This document shows positions 61,609 through 64,000 of a stretch of DNA of 64,000 nucleotides, one piece after another (positions within the stretch are counted from its first letter, which is position 1; each line of letters begins with the position of its first letter). The notes under the pieces were generated by a model. The model did not search any database. It was not told where the DNA came from and was given only the letters and a program-made list of their open reading frames with translations. The translations under genes and the position numbers were made by a program. The stretch spans positions 868,001 to 932,000 of the forward strand of contig NW_027191453.1 in assembly GCF_011745625.1 (NCBI RefSeq), in the 5' to 3' direction. This stretch comes from Cladosporium halotolerans. Taxonomy: Eukaryota.

Positions 61609-62342
61609 ATGGCCCCGCAAATCACGCTCTACTTCCTCCAAGCCTCGCGCTGCATCCGCACCGCCTGGCAACTGCACGAGCTCAACCTCGACTACGAGCT
61701 CAAGTTCTCGCCTCGCGTCGGCGGCCTCGCCCCGCCCGACTTCAAGAAAGAAGCAGGCGGCGGCCTCGGCAAGTTCCCGGCCATCGTCGACAACGGCGTG
61801 ACCATCACCGAGAGCGGCAACATCGCAGAGTAAGGGAATCCCGAAAGCCTGCAATGGACCAGCTCTCTCTCAGGTATATGCAAACGAGCGCCGCTAACGC
61901 AGACTTGTCAAGATACCTCTGCGACACCTACGACACGGCGCACCGCCTCCTCCCACCCCTCGGCGACCCCAAGCGCTACGCCGTGCTCCAATGGGTGCAC
62001 GCGGCCGAAGCGACCTTCGCCCTGCACGGCATCGCGGTCCTGTACGCGCGCTGGCACCAGAAGTCCGGCAGCGTGGAGGAGACGGAAGCCGGGCTCTCGA
62101 AGAACGTGCTGAACGACCTGGACTTCCTCACCGTGGAATTGGACAAGAGCCCCGGGAAGTTCCTGTTTGGCGACGAGCTGACGGTCGCGGACATCCAGGT
62201 GCACTTTTCGGTGGCGTTTGTGCTGGCGAGGCAGCTGGGGTTGCAGGGGAGGCGGTTCGAGAGGCTGGAGAGGTACTTGAGGGATTGTGAGGGGACGGAG
62301 AGTTATAAGGCTGCGGTGGAGAAGACGGGGCATGAGATGTAA
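61609..62342 (+). CDS. Glutathione S-transferase (Gtt1-like)
   Basis: LYFLQASRCIRTAWQLHEL, LGKFPAIVD, ESGNIAE|YLCD across one intron (~61830-61912), FLFGDELTVADI. Confidence 0.93.
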
Positions 62343-62797
62343 GGTAGTCGGGGGATCGGGACGGGAGAGTGGTCATGTGAGGCTCATGAAAATATCAAGT
62401 ACATTCCTACCACTGCAATGACCTGGGGTTGTGGTGTGAGAAGCAAGTGTGAAGACCATTGATCCAATGACTTCTTCAGCAAAAAACGCAGTAAAACGTG
62501 ATGACAGTGGCGAGGCTGTATTGGTTCCTTTTAGATCTTGTTCATGGCATTACATCGTTACTGATTTTATCTGCCCTCCAGCATGCATCGTAATGGTAAA
62601 CTATGCAAATCATGGCCGGAGCCCCCGGCATGTGTCGCAAGTCCAAAGCATGTCCGCAATGCTTCGTAGACCCTTCATTCTGTCGAGCATCAACCACTAT
62701 CTTTCAAGTGGAGCTCTCCCAACAAGTAGTTGGCATATCCAAGATCATTGAAGGAAAAAGGCAAGTTCAGAACATCTCAGAAGTATACATGACTTCT

Positions 62798-63298
62798 TTA
62801 CTGAGTGCTCTTGCCAGTACCACCGACAGCGTTGTTGGACATCGAGCCAGCGGGACGGACAGTCTCGTCGCCCTGGCGGATGTTGCCGCGAATGTCGTTG
62901 TCGCCGGGGCGCTGCTCGGCGGCGATGGCAGCCTTGTCCTCGGGGCCGCCCTCGCCCTGGAAGTCGGCGGCCTTGGTCTGCTTGCCGGTGGTGGGGTTGA
63001 TGGAGCCGCCCTCGGACAGAGGGATCTGGCGGTTGTCGCTGGCGCCCTGGCCGCCGATCTTCACTTCGGCGCCGGGGAACTTCTGGCTGACGCCTTGGTC
63101 GACGCCGGACTCGATGGCTGGAGGGGAGGGTTAGTGCTGGAATTGAATGGGCGAGGGCGCATTGCAGGTCTTACTGGAGTCAGAGGCGGCGTGGGCGTGG
63201 GCGTTGACGTCGGGCTCCTTAGCGGCCTGGGAGTTGAGGTCGCGCTCGGCCTGCTTGGCGATGACCATCGGGTCCTGTCCCTGGTAGTCGGCAGACAT
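62798..63298 (-). CDS. Small hydrophilic (hydrophilin-like) hypothetical protein
   Basis: Exon 1 MSADYQGQDPMVIAKQAERDLNS..ASDS, intron ~63118-63174 (GTAAGA..CTAAC..CAG), exon 2 ESGVDQGVSQKFPGAEVKIGG..NRQIP..GGPEDK. Confidence 0.8.
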
Positions 63299-64000
63299 TG
63301 TGATAGATGTGTTGTATGTTGGTGGTAAAGAGGGAAGGTGTTATGTGTTTGTTGGTCGTGAAGGCGTAAGATGGAATGGGTATCAATGAATTGTATGTGA
63401 GGAGAGAAAGAAGAGATGTCTTTGCAGTGCAGACATCGAAAAATATCAATCGCTGCCCCTCACTGCTCGCGTGAGACGGAGGCAAACGTCATGCCTCCGT
63501 TATGGCGTCAACGGGTCGAGCGAGGGGAGTTTCTCGGAAAATAGTGGGACTTTTGAGATGGGCTCAGAACCGCCTGGAAATTGGCTCGTAGAGACATGGG
63601 TGCTGGACGAAACGATAATGGTGCAATGCTCGTGAGTCTGGGAGTGCACGAAAGGTCTCGACTACGTAGACTTAGGGAATCAATGTCACAATGACAAGAA
63701 GTGCAATGCACAACATAACGACTGATCGATCTAGCAGCCCCTCGAGAATCACAAAAACTCATCATTCTTCAGAGCCTGCTATCCTGCTACGCGCCAAACG
63801 ATTCAAGTCCCCCAAGGAGTCCCACTCCACCAACGCGATCATCGATTCAGGCACGAAAACTCCCGCCCACGCAGAACAGTCACAAAATTAGTCCAGACTG
63901 ACCATCGACTTTTCCCAACAATTCCAGCGCCTTCTCGGGCAGCAATTTTCAGCTGGTGGATGTGCCTCCTTGACACACGGTTCAGTTGCGAGCCATTGTG

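Overview
Eukaryotic, intron-containing, GC-rich DNA from a filamentous ascomycete (Pezizomycotina; inferred from GTRAGT/CTRAC/YAG introns of about 50-70 nt and from gene content). About 26 protein-coding genes can be supported: a 5'-truncated Ppo/linoleate diol synthase (peroxidase-P450 fusion), GH31 alpha-glucosidase, FHA+TM protein, RNA Pol III largest subunit, OTU deubiquitinase, TMEM234-like, PhyH dioxygenase, MBF1, a ZZ-finger protein, GH37 trehalase, a secreted AstE/AspA-family hydrolase, an RfeG-like protein, V-ATPase subunit e, ARV1, an amino-acid permease, FarA/Ctf1-alpha, a STEEP1-like protein, RpiB, GST and several hypotheticals. There is also one esterase pseudogene. No tRNA, rRNA, CRISPR or intact transposon was seen. 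Two non-standard signals stand out. (1) A non-coding modular array between RPC1 and OTU2 (17.16-18.40 kb) has six CTAG-N17-C(C/T)AAT modules with invariant spacing. Four of them are tandem at 158-181 bp period, with GC-rich hairpins and A-tracts between them, and telomere-like repeats lie next to the fifth. (2) The FarA gene has two abutting introns (a zero-length exon, CAG|GTGAGT), and the second can be retained in frame. All calls come from reading the sequence; no database search was run.
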